Assembly (NCBI GenBank): GCA_963716725.1 | Contig: CAVQUB010000006.1 | Span: 160,001 to 224,000 of the forward strand | Length of the DNA: 64,000 bases | Direction of reading: 5' to 3' | From: an uncultured delta proteobacterium | GTDB lineage: Bacteria; Myxococcota_A; Polyangia; Polyangiales; Polyangiaceae | Shown: piece after piece, positions 24,136-33,873 of the stretch | Position numbering within the stretch: position 1 is the first letter of the stretch | Layout: every line of letters begins with the position of its first letter | Program-made: the position numbers and the translations under genes | The notes under the pieces: generated by a model | The model's input: only the letters and a program-made list of their open reading frames with translations | What the model was told of the DNA's origin: nothing | Databases searched by the model: none

Positions 24136-24148
24136 GGCCGCGACCTGC

Positions 24149-24925
24149 TCAGATCTTCCCGACCGACGTCACACTGAGCTTGTTGCCGTCGAACTTGAAC
24201 ACGACCGTGTAGTCAGTGGGCGATGCGGTGCTCCCGTTGTTGATGACCACCGTGGTCTCGACTGCGTCGGGAAGACCGGTGACCACGTAATCTTTCGTCG
24301 GGTGGATGGTCCCCTGAGTCGTGCTCTTGAAATAGTGGTTCGGGGCTGCCTCGATCTGGCGGTTGACTTTCACGGTGTCAAAGGACCACCGAAGCCGGCG
24401 CTCAGATCCGATGCAGGAGTCGGGTCCTTCCACCGAGGCGTTGGTCGTCACGTGACAGACCGCTGTCGAGTAGCAGAGCACCGCGCCGATGGTGTTCTCC
24501 GCAATCGTATTCATCGTCAGGTATTGGGGAAGCGCGCTGCACTGCGCAGTGCAGATGTTGGCACCCATGTACGTCTTGCAGGTGACGCCGCTCGAGCCGC
24601 CGCTGCCGCCGGTCGCGCTGCCGCCGCTGCCGCCCGTCGCGGTGCCGCCGCTGCCGCCCGTCGCGGTGCCGCCGCTGCCGCCCGTCGCGCCTCCGCTGCC
24701 GCCCGTCGCGCCGCCGCTGCCGCCCGTCGCGGTGCCGCCGCTGCCGCCCGTCGCGCCGCCGCTGCCGCCCGTCGCGCTGCCGCCGCTGCCGCCCGTCGCG
24801 CTGCCGCCGCTGCCGCCCGTCGCGCCTCCGCTGCCGCCCCCGGATTTGTCGTCTTCCGCGCCGCAACCGGACGCCAGAGCGGTGCAACAGAGCATGGAAA
24901 CCAAGGCGGCTGTCTTGAAGGTCAT
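24149..24925 (-). CDS. Lipoprotein with Gly/Ser/Thr repeat linker and Cys-containing C-terminal domain
   Basis: MTFKTAALVSMLCCTALASGC, (GGSGGATGG)n, beta-rich C-terminus; SD GAGGAG. Confidence 0.8.
   Translation of the reverse strand: MTFKTAALVSMLCCTALASGCGAEDDKSGGGSGGATGGSGGSATGGSGGSATGGSGGATGGSGGTATGGSGGATGGSGGATGGSGGTATGGSGGTATGGSGGSATGGSGGSSGVTCKTYMGANICTAQCSALPQYLTMNTIAENTIGAVLCYSTAVCHVTTNASVEGPDSCIGSERRLRWSFDTVKVNRQIEAAPNHYFKSTTQGTIHPTKDYVVTGLPDAVETTVVINNGSTASPTDYTVVFKFDGNKLSVTSVGKI
24595..24840. repeat. Coding tandem repeats (GGSGG[S/T]AT units)
   Basis: About ten 21-24 bp units such as ccgctgccgcccgtcgcg. Confidence 0.9.
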
Positions 24926-25044
24926 CGTTTTCTCCTCAACCTGCAGCGTGCACGAACCCTCCACCGGCCGCGCTCTCGGCGATGGGGGACTTTTGGGGGA
25001 TGCCCGCTTGAGCTGCGCCCCAACCCGCAGCATTCTTCTCACCG

Positions 25045-26925
25045 ATGGGCTCCCGAGAGCGGCTCGCATGGGTTCGCCACGCGGCGCCGATCGTGGTCTT
25101 GGTGCTCGCGGTCGTCGCGCTCGGGTTCGTGCCCCCGCGGCCGCACGGGACCATCACGCCGCTCGCGGATTGGCAATATCGACTCTCGGAGCCGGGCTCG
25201 CAGCTCGAACTCTCGGAGCCCTGGGCCAGCCCGCGCTTCGCGCCGCTGAAGCTGCCCGCGCATCCGGCTGGCTCCGGTGAAGTCCTGTGGCTGAGGACCC
25301 GCATCCCCCGGGAGCTGCCGCCGGACGCGGTCCTCGCCATCGACGCGGTGCTCGGCGCCTTCACCGCCTACGTCGGAAGCGATCGCGTGTTCGCGTTTCC
25401 GGAACCCGACGGCGTCGCGGCACGTGGATCGGTCGGACTGCCCTGGCAGCTCATTCCCCTCCCGGCGGGCTCCGAGGGCAAGACCCTGTCGCTCTGCATC
25501 TCCGCCCACTACCGCCCCCTGGGAGTGAAGGGCACGCCGCTGTTCGGCTCCCGCGCGGATCTCATGGCGTGGACCCTCGAGCGCGACCTGCCGCGGTTGG
25601 TGGTGGGGTTCGTGGCAATCTTGCTGGGCCTGCTCGGATTCGTGTCGTTCTCGACGCGCCAGGCGTGGCGTTTGCCGTTCAGCTTCGCGGTCTGGGCGGC
25701 GGCCCTCGGCGTCTACGTGATCCACTACACGCACTTGAAGGACTTGATCGCCGACGTGAGCGTCGTCTCGTTCTTCGCCTGGCTGCTCGCCTTGCCGGCC
25801 ATGGTCGTCGGATCGCTGCTCTTTCTCGACGAGCTCTTCGTGGCCCGTTCGAGCAAAGTGTTGCGTTGGCTCCTGCGCGCGAGCCTGCTGTTCACGCCCC
25901 TCTATCTGCTCGCGCTGACGCTCGCCTGGGTCCTCACGCAATCCACGGAGCACGCGGCGCTCGGGGTCAGCGTATTTGCCCTGGCCACGAATGCCGTTCG
26001 AATCGTGATTCTGGTCTCGTCGCTCCTGGTGCTGGTCGAGGCCTCGCGTTTCGCGAGCGCTGGGGATTTGGACGCGCGGATCTTCTTGGTGGGATTCGGG
26101 TTCTTGCTCGCGTTCGCCGTCCGCGACGTGATGGCAGCCTTCGGCACGGCCATGTTTTCGTGGCGCTCCCAGGTGCACGTCGGCGCGCTCGCTTGCGTGG
26201 TGGCCATGGCCATCTCGGTTCAGCGGCGATACGTCGCACTTCACGAGCGCGCCCGGCTTTTGGCTGAAGAAGCCGTCGCTCGCGGCAGAGAGCGAGATGC
26301 GCTGGTCCGCGACCTCCACGACGGAGTCGGCGCCATGACCAGCAACATCCGCATGCTCGCGGAGCTCGGGCAACGGAAGGCCGAACGCGCGCAGCCGGCG
26401 CTGGAGACCATCGCAGAGCTCTCCGAGAAGAGCCTCGCGGAGCTCCGAGCCTACGTGCACACGCTCGACGACGCCGAGGCGACCTGGGAGCGCCACGTCG
26501 CCGAGCTCCGGCGCTTCGGGGCGAGCTTGGTGGAAGCGCACGGTCGCGCCTTCGAGATGCAGGTCGACGTGGGCACGCAGGAGGCCCCGCCCATGCTGCT
26601 GGGCCTGCATTTGTTGCGAACCTTCAGCGAAGGCCTGACCAACGCGCTGAAGCGTTCAAACGGAAGCTACGTGAAGGTCGAGCTGAGCGTGCATCCCGAC
26701 GCGCTGTCGCTGTCGATGGAGAACGATGGGGACGGCGTCGCGGACGCGAGCCGCAGCATCGGGGGAGGTCGCGGCCTCGAGAACCTGCGCTCGCGCGCGG
26801 CGGAGCTCGGCGGTGAGTTCCGCATCGAGATCGGGAAGACCAATCGGCTGCTGCTCCGTGTGCCGTTGCCGCTCTCCAATCTTCCCGCGCTTGGCCGCGG
26901 GGCCGCGCTCAAGGGGACGGCGTGA
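25045..26925 (+). CDS. Multi-TM sensor histidine kinase (NarX/UhpB-type)
   Basis: Extracellular domain, about 7 TM helices, RDLHDGVG, EGLTNALK, NDGDG, GRGLENLRSRA. Confidence 0.88.
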   Translation: MGSRERLAWVRHAAPIVVLVLAVVALGFVPPRPHGTITPLADWQYRLSEPGSQLELSEPWASPRFAPLKLPAHPAGSGEVLWLRTRIPRELPPDAVLAIDAVLGAFTAYVGSDRVFAFPEPDGVAARGSVGLPWQLIPLPAGSEGKTLSLCISAHYRPLGVKGTPLFGSRADLMAWTLERDLPRLVVGFVAILLGLLGFVSFSTRQAWRLPFSFAVWAAALGVYVIHYTHLKDLIADVSVVSFFAWLLALPAMVVGSLLFLDELFVARSSKVLRWLLRASLLFTPLYLLALTLAWVLTQSTEHAALGVSVFALATNAVRIVILVSSLLVLVEASRFASAGDLDARIFLVGFGFLLAFAVRDVMAAFGTAMFSWRSQVHVGALACVVAMAISVQRRYVALHERARLLAEEAVARGRERDALVRDLHDGVGAMTSNIRMLAELGQRKAERAQPALETIAELSEKSLAELRAYVHTLDDAEATWERHVAELRRFGASLVEAHGRAFEMQVDVGTQEAPPMLLGLHLLRTFSEGLTNALKRSNGSYVKVELSVHPDALSLSMENDGDGVADASRSIGGGRGLENLRSRAAELGGEFRIEIGKTNRLLLRVPLPLSNLPALGRGAALKGTA

Positions 26926-29590
26926 GGGGCTGCCCCACCGCCGGCCACACGGAGCCATCGTAGTTGTAGGGGGGGTTGATCCCGTAGTCTCCAGTGTGCC
27001 GAAACGCCGTCAGTCGGTAGGGCGCCTTGGAGGCAACCTCGCTGGCCGGAAGCACCAGGGTGATGGAGTTGCCTGCAATGATGACGCGGGCAGCGCTGGT
27101 CGCAGGCTGGATGTTCCCGTTCAGGGCCGTCGACGTCTTCAGAGCCCACCCCGATGACGGGGCGTAGTTGGCCTCGTACCAGCGGTCCGTGTTCTTGAAC
27201 AGGTCGTCGGCGTATTGCGCGTTCGCCTGGTAGTTGTTGCCGGGGGTGTTGTCCGCGTCGAACACGAAGCCGTACTGGTAGCGGTTCAGGGCGTCCGCGA
27301 TGGGGATGGTCGCGTCGAGAGCCTTGCTGATCACGAGGATGTCGCCAGCCGGGACCGGCGGAGCGCCCGGTGCGCAGAGCGTTGTGCCGTTCGGACCGGC
27401 GCCGCAGGGGAACGCTCCCCCGCTACCGAATACGACGTCGAGCTGGGTGGCGGTGAACGTTTGGCGCAGGGAAGTCCGGCCGTAGAGCGTCGTGTGGTCG
27501 TGGGCGACGGGCTTCGCGGCAATGGTGGCCTTCGAATGTTTGAACAGCTTCTCCTGGAACAGGAACCACGCCGCACACTGGGTGGCCTTCGACCAGCCAC
27601 CCAGCATGCTGCCAATCAGCAGCACCGCCGCGGTCTTCGGGTCGGATTCGCAGGCGACGCCTCCATCGGGGCCGCCCTCGCTCCCGGCGTCGAGGCCGCC
27701 GTCGCCGCAGTCGCCGACAGTGACTTGAGCCGTGCCGCCGTAGGCGAAGGGATGTGCAAAGACGCGGAACGAGTAGGTCGTCGTGCCGGGGCTGGCCCCG
27801 CGAAGTCGGAGGTTCGCCTTCTGATTGGCGTTGTCGAAGATGAGCGTGTTCCACCCGTCGGCATCCTCGGAGCCCGACGCGACGACGGCGATGGCCTTGT
27901 CGAGAGTGTTCGCCTTGCCGGTCATCAGCTTGGTGATCGGCGTCGCCCCCGGCCAACTGACCGGCACGACCACCTCGTCGCCGGGACAAGGGATGCTCAC
28001 GGCATCCAGTGGGACCTGCTTTGGAACCGGGTCGAGACAGACGATTTGGGGCTTCGGATCGACCACGTCGCTGTCGTCTTGCACGATGGTCCACTCCCCG
28101 GCCTCTTTGAGGCTGACCGCTCCGCTCTTGTCGGTGTCCGCCGTCGTGTCGCGCCAACACTCACGCAGCGCTGCGCTGAAGTACGAGCTCATGTTGACCT
28201 CGCCCTCGTAGTTCAGGCCTGCGCCGGACTCGCTGGCGTCGTCGGCGGCCGTGATGGCAGTTCCCGTGAGTCCTTCACCTTGGAAAGCGGAAATCAGTGC
28301 GCCCGAGTAGCAGGCGTCGATGATGGGGTTGACCTCGATGTCGGTGCCCGCGAAGCGACTCGTGACCATCTCTCCAAGCGTCTCCAGGAGCAGCGTGGTC
28401 TTGCCGCCCGTGCCGTCAGAGATCTTGTCGAGACCGCTGATTCCACCGTGGGAGGTCAGGTAGAAATAGATGGTCTGACAGCCGTCGGCCTTCGCCGCGT
28501 CGAGCAGCGCGGCGATTTGGCTCGGCGTCGGTGGCGTCAGGAGACCCTGCGCCGTGCGCTGGGCGAAGACCTTGATGCTGCGCTGCTTGAAGAAGGCCTC
28601 CATCAGCTCGGCGTCCCGGCGCAAGAATCTGTCGGGCAGCCCGTAGACGATCACGGCGCAGGCCTTGCCGCCCGGGCTCGGCTTGGTGTTCTGCGCGTGA
28701 GAACCCGGGCTCAGGCTCTGGGAGGAGGCCGTGCTCGATGCGGCCTCGGCGCTCGCGCCGAAGTCGTGGGTGCGCCAGGCGGAGATGAGGGCGGTGGTGG
28801 GCGCACCAGCGGACAGAGCGAGCTCGGGCCAGTAGCGCGCGCTGACTTCCTCCGGGAGCGCGCCGGCTTGGGTGGCGTCCACCAAGATCATGCGCGTGGC
28901 ATGCTCGTACTTGCTCTGCGGTGCTTCGTCGACCCAGGCGAACCAAGAGTCCTTCTGGACCGAGAGCGTCGAGGTCGGAGTGCCCGCAGAGTTGTCGGCC
29001 GTGACGCTGGCACCTGCCGGCAAGAGCACCGGCCCGTGCAAGAGCTTCCCGCTGCCGGAGGGCGCGTGCTTGGCCTCGAGCTGGCAACGAAGCGATTCGC
29101 CGCTCACCATCGGCTTCGTCGTCGTCAAGCTGATACCGAAGCTCGCCGCGGCGGCAGACTGCTCGAGCAGGGCATCTACCAGGAATACGCCCGCGCTTCC
29201 GGTCACGCCCAAGCGCGCGGTCGCGACGCCCTGCGCGTTGGTGCTCACCCGAGCCGTCGCCGCGCCGTACTTCGAGGGCACCTCGAAGCTGCCTCCCGGC
29301 GAGCTCTCCGGGGCGACGAACAACACCACCGCTCCCACGAGCGGCGCCCCGGCGGCGTCCCGGGCGGTCACCGTGAGCTCGGTGATCTCGCCGTCACCGA
29401 GCAGCCGCGTCGCCGCACACTCGGGGATCTCGAGGGTCGCGCCGGCGGGGGGCTTCGGAGCGGACTTCTTGGCCGTGCCCGAGTCGCCGGAGCAGGCCAC
29501 GAGGATCGCGCCAGCAGCGGCCAGGCACAGCAGGCATACGAACAGCAAGTCGACCCGACGACGCCGAAGGAGGGCGGCCAATTGCTTCAT
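26909..29590 (-). CDS. Large lipoprotein with Ig-like and caspase/legumain-fold (clan CD) peptidase domains
   Basis: Lipobox LVAC; TNAQGVA Ig-like motif; FYLTSHGG and IIDACYSG catalytic-dyad motifs. Confidence 0.75.
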   Translation of the reverse strand: MKQLAALLRRRRVDLLFVCLLCLAAAGAILVACSGDSGTAKKSAPKPPAGATLEIPECAATRLLGDGEITELTVTARDAAGAPLVGAVVLFVAPESSPGGSFEVPSKYGAATARVSTNAQGVATARLGVTGSAGVFLVDALLEQSAAAASFGISLTTTKPMVSGESLRCQLEAKHAPSGSGKLLHGPVLLPAGASVTADNSAGTPTSTLSVQKDSWFAWVDEAPQSKYEHATRMILVDATQAGALPEEVSARYWPELALSAGAPTTALISAWRTHDFGASAEAASSTASSQSLSPGSHAQNTKPSPGGKACAVIVYGLPDRFLRRDAELMEAFFKQRSIKVFAQRTAQGLLTPPTPSQIAALLDAAKADGCQTIYFYLTSHGGISGLDKISDGTGGKTTLLLETLGEMVTSRFAGTDIEVNPIIDACYSGALISAFQGEGLTGTAITAADDASESGAGLNYEGEVNMSSYFSAALRECWRDTTADTDKSGAVSLKEAGEWTIVQDDSDVVDPKPQIVCLDPVPKQVPLDAVSIPCPGDEVVVPVSWPGATPITKLMTGKANTLDKAIAVVASGSEDADGWNTLIFDNANQKANLRLRGASPGTTTYSFRVFAHPFAYGGTAQVTVGDCGDGGLDAGSEGGPDGGVACESDPKTAAVLLIGSMLGGWSKATQCAAWFLFQEKLFKHSKATIAAKPVAHDHTTLYGRTSLRQTFTATQLDVVFGSGGAFPCGAGPNGTTLCAPGAPPVPAGDILVISKALDATIPIADALNRYQYGFVFDADNTPGNNYQANAQYADDLFKNTDRWYEANYAPSSGWALKTSTALNGNIQPATSAARVIIAGNSITLVLPASEVASKAPYRLTAFRHTGDYGINPPYNYDGSVWPAVGQPLTPSP

Positions 29591-29703
29591 GCCACGATTG
29601 TCGGCGAACGCCGCCAGCCTCGCCAGGGAGCTGGTTGGGGGTTTTTGGGGGAGGTTGCCCAGGGCCGTGGTGTCCGCCGCGAGCGACGGCTAGATTACTC
29701 GTC

Positions 29704-30351
29704 GTGCCCCTTGCCTCAGCCCACCGCGAGCGCGCGCTCCGCGTCTTCGTCGTCGACGACGACGATCTGACGCGGGAGTTCCTCGCGGAAGTGCTGGCGC
29801 AGGAGCCGGGTTTCGAGCTGGCGGGATCCGCAGCCAGCCTGGCAGAAGCGTTGTCCGCCATCGACGCGACGGTCGACGTGGCCATCGTGGACCTCGGCCT
29901 CGGCGCTGATTCCGGCGTCGACCTGATCGCCGCGCTCAAGCACCACTTCCCCGCCATGAACGTGATGGCTCACACGGTGTTCGACGACCGCGACAACGTA
30001 TTTCAGGCCCTGAAGGCCGGTGCTTCGAGCTACGTGCTCAAAGGGGCCCGAGCGAGCGAGCTCGTCCGCGCGGTCAGCGAGCTGAGCCACGGAGGCTCAC
30101 CGATGAGCCCAAAGATCGCGCGCCTGGTGATCCAGCACCTGCAGAGCGTCGCGGACCCGGATCCAGCGACACCACGAGAGCGGCAGATCCTGAGGCTCAT
30201 CGATCGTGGCCTCACCTACAAGGAAATCGCCGCTGAGTTCAACATCAGCGCCCACACGGTGCACAGCCACATCAAGAACGTGTACGAGCGCCTGCAGGCC
30301 ACCAGCAGGCGCGACGCCCTGGCGCGGGCCCGGGTGCGTGGGCTGCTCTGA
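29704..30351 (+). CDS. NarL/LuxR family response regulator
   Basis: VFVVDDD, AIVDLGL, ALKAGASSYVLK, TPRERQIL..GLTYKEIA..TVHSHIKNVY; start approximate. Confidence 0.92.
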   Translation: MPLASAHRERALRVFVVDDDDLTREFLAEVLAQEPGFELAGSAASLAEALSAIDATVDVAIVDLGLGADSGVDLIAALKHHFPAMNVMAHTVFDDRDNVFQALKAGASSYVLKGARASELVRAVSELSHGGSPMSPKIARLVIQHLQSVADPDPATPRERQILRLIDRGLTYKEIAAEFNISAHTVHSHIKNVYERLQATSRRDALARARVRGLL

Positions 30352-30413
30352 GCCGAACGAGCCCACCCAAAAAAAGCCGCAACCAGACCCGGGCCGCGCC
30401 CGAATGGGGCCTC

Positions 30414-30890
30414 ATGCGCACGCCGGCTTGGGTCTATTTCGCCCTCTGCCTGTCGCCGATCGCCTGCGGGGGCGGCGGCATGTCCCGGGCTCGACACGCC
30501 GCCGACGAGGGCCGGCACCCCGACGCGGTCTACGAGCTTCGAGGCATGGAAGCCGAGGTGACGGACCTGTCGACCGCCGAGCACGCGCGCTACTCGCTCC
30601 TGCGCGGGCTGTCGCATCTCGCCTGCGGCGATCTGATTTCAGCGGCGACCTGGCTGGCTCGGGCGCGTTCCGCCGTCGCTCACGAGCCCGAGCTGCTCAG
30701 CGTCACCGATCGCGGACGCCTCGACGCCGCCTGGCGCAGCATGGGGCTCATGCCCGGGGAGTCGGCGCGAATCACTTCAGGGCTTCCGGCAGCCGTGCCA
30801 GAGCACTCCGAACCGCCGCACGCATCGCGCTCCGCTCGACCGACTTCACCTGACTCGGACGATCCGTCGCCTGGGCCCGACCCTGAATGA
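30414..30890 (+). CDS. Hypothetical lipoprotein
   Basis: LSPIAC lipobox-like; helical body. Confidence 0.6.
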   Translation: MRTPAWVYFALCLSPIACGGGGMSRARHAADEGRHPDAVYELRGMEAEVTDLSTAEHARYSLLRGLSHLACGDLISAATWLARARSAVAHEPELLSVTDRGRLDAAWRSMGLMPGESARITSGLPAAVPEHSEPPHASRSARPTSPDSDDPSPGPDPE

Positions 30891-31230
30891 TTGCGTGAAT
30901 GCTCCCGCCGCGAGCGCGGCGCAGGGTCGCGCTGACCACCGCGACGGTCTCGGCCTGACCCGAGCTCTCGCGGGTTGCCATCTGCACCAGGGCCGCCGAG
31001 AGCACGAAACGATCCTGGGCCTTCACTTTTGACAGGTCGACCTCGCCAAGCTCGTGCTCGACGAGCCCGCGGAACGCTCGCTCGAGGGTCGGATCGCTCC
31101 GCGCGACCTTCACCTCGCCCAGGGCGACGGGCGAAGATCCCGCGTCGGCCTGAGCGGCGAAGCCCGCAACCGCCGCCACCCCGACCAGTAGGGCAAAGAG
31201 TCGCCTCCTGCTTTCTAGAAGCACGCGCAT
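30772..31230 (-). CDS. Hypothetical exported protein
   Basis: Signal peptide ending AQA; SD GGAGA; 3' overlap with the convergent ORF. Confidence 0.6.
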   Translation of the reverse strand: MRVLLESRRRLFALLVGVAAVAGFAAQADAGSSPVALGEVKVARSDPTLERAFRGLVEHELGEVDLSKVKAQDRFVLSAALVQMATRESSGQAETVAVVSATLRRARGGSIHAIIQGRAQATDRPSQVKSVERSAMRAAVRSALARLPEALK

Positions 31231-31375
31231 GATCGTCTCCTCGGAGCCCGCAACGGGCGGCTCCCAGTGGAATTGGCTGCGAGCCTCGGAGGAAGTGACA
31301 CCACGAGACGCCGCAGCTTGTACGATCGCTCTACCAGGGGCCGCGGCAACCGGCCAAATTCGAGGTCAGCCCAAA

Positions 31376-31840
31376 CTAGCGCGCCGGCTCGATCCGATCC
31401 GCGTTGACCGTCTCGTCCCAGGCGGTCTCGTAACCCTCGTAGTGCACCAGGTAACGATCGGGTCCGGCGACGGCCACGATGGTCGCGATGTACTTCGACT
31501 CGCGCCACTTCACGCGCACGCGATCACCCGGCTTGTAGGGGGACGCGCCGGACGCAGGACCCGAGCCTTTGGGCGCGACCCCGCTGGCGCGCGCGACCTT
31601 CTCGGGCGGCGGCGGCGGGGCGACCGGACTGCTGATCCGCCCCTTGATGCGATCGAGGATCACGTCCTCGTCCCAGCGCGCGTCGAAGCCGTCGAAGTGA
31701 ACACGAAACCGCGCCGCGCCCTTCTTCTCGACGATGTACGCGGGGTAGTCCCGGCCCTCCCACTCGACCCACACGTACTCCCCGACTCGGTAAGGCTCCG
31801 TGCAGGCAGTGAGCAGGAGCGCGAGTACGAGCCAACGCAT
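31376..31840 (-). CDS. Lipoprotein with two Tudor-knot/chromo-barrel-like domains
   Basis: LTAC lipobox; two repeats containing VHFDGFDARWDE and VHYEGYETAWDE. Confidence 0.8.
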   Translation of the reverse strand: MRWLVLALLLTACTEPYRVGEYVWVEWEGRDYPAYIVEKKGAARFRVHFDGFDARWDEDVILDRIKGRISSPVAPPPPPEKVARASGVAPKGSGPASGASPYKPGDRVRVKWRESKYIATIVAVAGPDRYLVHYEGYETAWDETVNADRIEPAR

Positions 31841-31849
31841 TTCGAAGCT

Positions 31850-32857
31850 TCAGTATGAAGTGCTGGTCGAGAACGCCTTGGCGTGCGGCGCAGGGCCGTC
31901 GACGATCACGACCAGCTTGCGATTGTTCCAGTAGAACGACTCCGGATCGCTCCCGGTCACGCTGACGATGGTACCAATGACCCTGTTTTCGTTGTTGGTC
32001 AGATCGCCACTCGACACCTTCTGTCCGGGCTTCAGGCCAGAAACGGCGGCCCCCATCACGTTCCGAATACGCTCCGCGGCGACGACCTCACTCGGGTACA
32101 CCAGGAGCACGTGCCGGATTTGGGTGCCGCCCGGCGACACGTAGATCGCGCCGATGCTGTCGACCACGCCCGGAGGCACCTTTTCGAGGGGCGTGGTACC
32201 GACCAACCGATACTGGCCGACGTTCGGTCGAACGATGGAACGTATCGACCCGCTGCTGGGCACACCGCTGCTGGGCCCGGACGAGCTGCCACCGCTCGAC
32301 GAGCCTCCCATCACGACGAGCACGATGATGAGCCCGATGCCCATCAGCACCGCGAAGCCCGCACCCAGGCAGCCCGCGACTCCACATCCACCCAGGACCT
32401 TGAGACCACCGCCTTCGTCCGCGGCAGCCGCGGCCGGCAACGCACCGGGATCGGGCGACGCGCCGTAGGGCGGAGCACCTGGAGGCGGCCCGTATGCGGG
32501 CGCACCCGGAGGCGCGTAACCCTGAGGCGCACCTGGAGGCGCACCCGGTGGCGCGTAGCCCTGAGGCGCACCCGGTGGCGCGTAGCCCTGAGGCGCACCC
32601 GGTGGCGCGTAGCCCTGAGGCGCACCCGGTGGCGCGTAGCCCTGAGGCGCACCCGGTGGCGCGTAGCCCTGAGGCGCACCCGGTGGCGCGTAGCCCTGAG
32701 GCGCACCCGGTGGCGCGTAGCCCTGAGGCGCACCCGCGAAGGGGCGCGGCCCCTGCGCTCCGCCGGGCGGTGCCGGCGCGGCCACCGTGTGCCCACAGTT
32801 GGCGCAGAAGCGTGCCCCCGCGTCGAGCGGCGTCCGGCATTGCGGGCAGAAGTTCAC
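31850..32857 (-). CDS. Zinc-ribbon membrane protein with Pro-rich repeats
   Basis: FCPQC...ARFCANCG, (PGAPQGYAP)n, TM helix, C-terminal domain. Confidence 0.85.
   Translation of the reverse strand: MNFCPQCRTPLDAGARFCANCGHTVAAPAPPGGAQGPRPFAGAPQGYAPPGAPQGYAPPGAPQGYAPPGAPQGYAPPGAPQGYAPPGAPQGYAPPGAPQGYAPPGAPPGAPQGYAPPGAPAYGPPPGAPPYGASPDPGALPAAAAADEGGGLKVLGGCGVAGCLGAGFAVLMGIGLIIVLVVMGGSSSGGSSSGPSSGVPSSGSIRSIVRPNVGQYRLVGTTPLEKVPPGVVDSIGAIYVSPGGTQIRHVLLVYPSEVVAAERIRNVMGAAVSGLKPGQKVSSGDLTNNENRVIGTIVSVTGSDPESFYWNNRKLVVIVDGPAPHAKAFSTSTSY
32512..32736. repeat. 27-bp coding tandem repeat (PGAPQGYAP)
   Basis: Seven near-identical consecutive gaggcgcacccggtggcgcgtagccct units plus a variant copy. Confidence 0.92.
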
Positions 32858-33849
32858 GACGCGCTCCCCTCGAGGGCGCGGCGGCGCTCGACGAGCGCAG
32901 CGCGGATCTTGGCGACCTCGCCGTCGACGCGGACGCGGCGCTCCGGATCCGACTCTTTGGCGAGCCTCGCCTTCGCAAACGCGAGCTGCACCTGGAGGTT
33001 GTGCACGCTCCGGATCCCGAAGAAGTAGCCGAGCTTGAAGCTCGCAAACGCCTTGGCGTAGGCAACCTGCCGCGCCACGACGCTCTTCAAAAGCGGGAGA
33101 TCCGCCGCGCCCACCGCACCGGTCTGCACTTCGTCATCGAGATGACCGTGGATGGCATGACGCTCCGCCGTGAGCGCGTAGACGGCGACCGCTCCGATCA
33201 ACAAGCCCGGCGCACCGAGGGCCAGGTTGGAGCGCAGCGCGCCGCTGTCGCCGAGGGCATTTCCGTGCTTCAGGAGCTGGTGCGCCGCGTCCGCGAGCAC
33301 GGCGCCCACGAGCGCCGCTACGGGCAAGAGCGCCCGCGCCACCGGCGCTTTAGCCTCCGATGCGAGGCCGAAGCCCGCACCAATGATCGCGCCCACGACA
33401 CCGTCCGACAAACCCGAGAGCGCGAGCTTGCCAAAGCTGGCCACCTCGGACACCGCGAGGCCGGGGATGCTGATGGCCGAAAATGTGAGCTGGTTGATCA
33501 GTTGCTCGCCGACGCCGAAGCCGAGACCGCCGCAGGTCCCGTAGACGATGCCATCCATCGTGCCGTTGAACTCCTCCCAGCCGCGCCGCTGCCCGTACGC
33601 AACCAGGACCCCGACGCCGGCGCCGATGGCTAGAAACTTCACCAGCTCTCTGACCGAGGCGCTCGCCCACAGGTTCAGGCCCAGCGTGCTCTGGTTGATG
33701 CCCACCGAAGTCGCTGCGGCGCCAAGGGCGCCGAAGGCGAACACCATGAGCATGGCCCACAGCGGCTCCTTCTCGTTCATGTCGACGAAGCGCACGACGG
33801 CCAGGTAGAGCAACGCGAGCAGCAGCGTGGAGATCAGTGTCGAGGTCAT
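32854..33849 (-). CDS. PrsW family intramembrane protease-like protein
   Basis: DMNEKEPLW, ELVKF, EFNGTMDGIVYG..GLGF; some catalytic motifs look degenerate. Confidence 0.8.
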   Translation of the reverse strand: MTSTLISTLLLALLYLAVVRFVDMNEKEPLWAMLMVFAFGALGAAATSVGINQSTLGLNLWASASVRELVKFLAIGAGVGVLVAYGQRRGWEEFNGTMDGIVYGTCGGLGFGVGEQLINQLTFSAISIPGLAVSEVASFGKLALSGLSDGVVGAIIGAGFGLASEAKAPVARALLPVAALVGAVLADAAHQLLKHGNALGDSGALRSNLALGAPGLLIGAVAVYALTAERHAIHGHLDDEVQTGAVGAADLPLLKSVVARQVAYAKAFASFKLGYFFGIRSVHNLQVQLAFAKARLAKESDPERRVRVDGEVAKIRAALVERRRALEGSAS

Positions 33850-33873
33850 TGAAAGCCCCCTCCGGAGCCGACC

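Noticed and set aside
27215..29770. 851 aa plus-strand ORF and other long Arg/Ala-rich antisense ORFs
   Set aside because: Shadow ORFs expected at high GC opposite well-supported genes; no motifs.
32512..32736. Non-coding repeat array
   Set aside because: The 27-bp unit is in frame and encodes a Pro-rich linker; the same applies to the Gly-rich repeats at 240-455 and 24595-24840.
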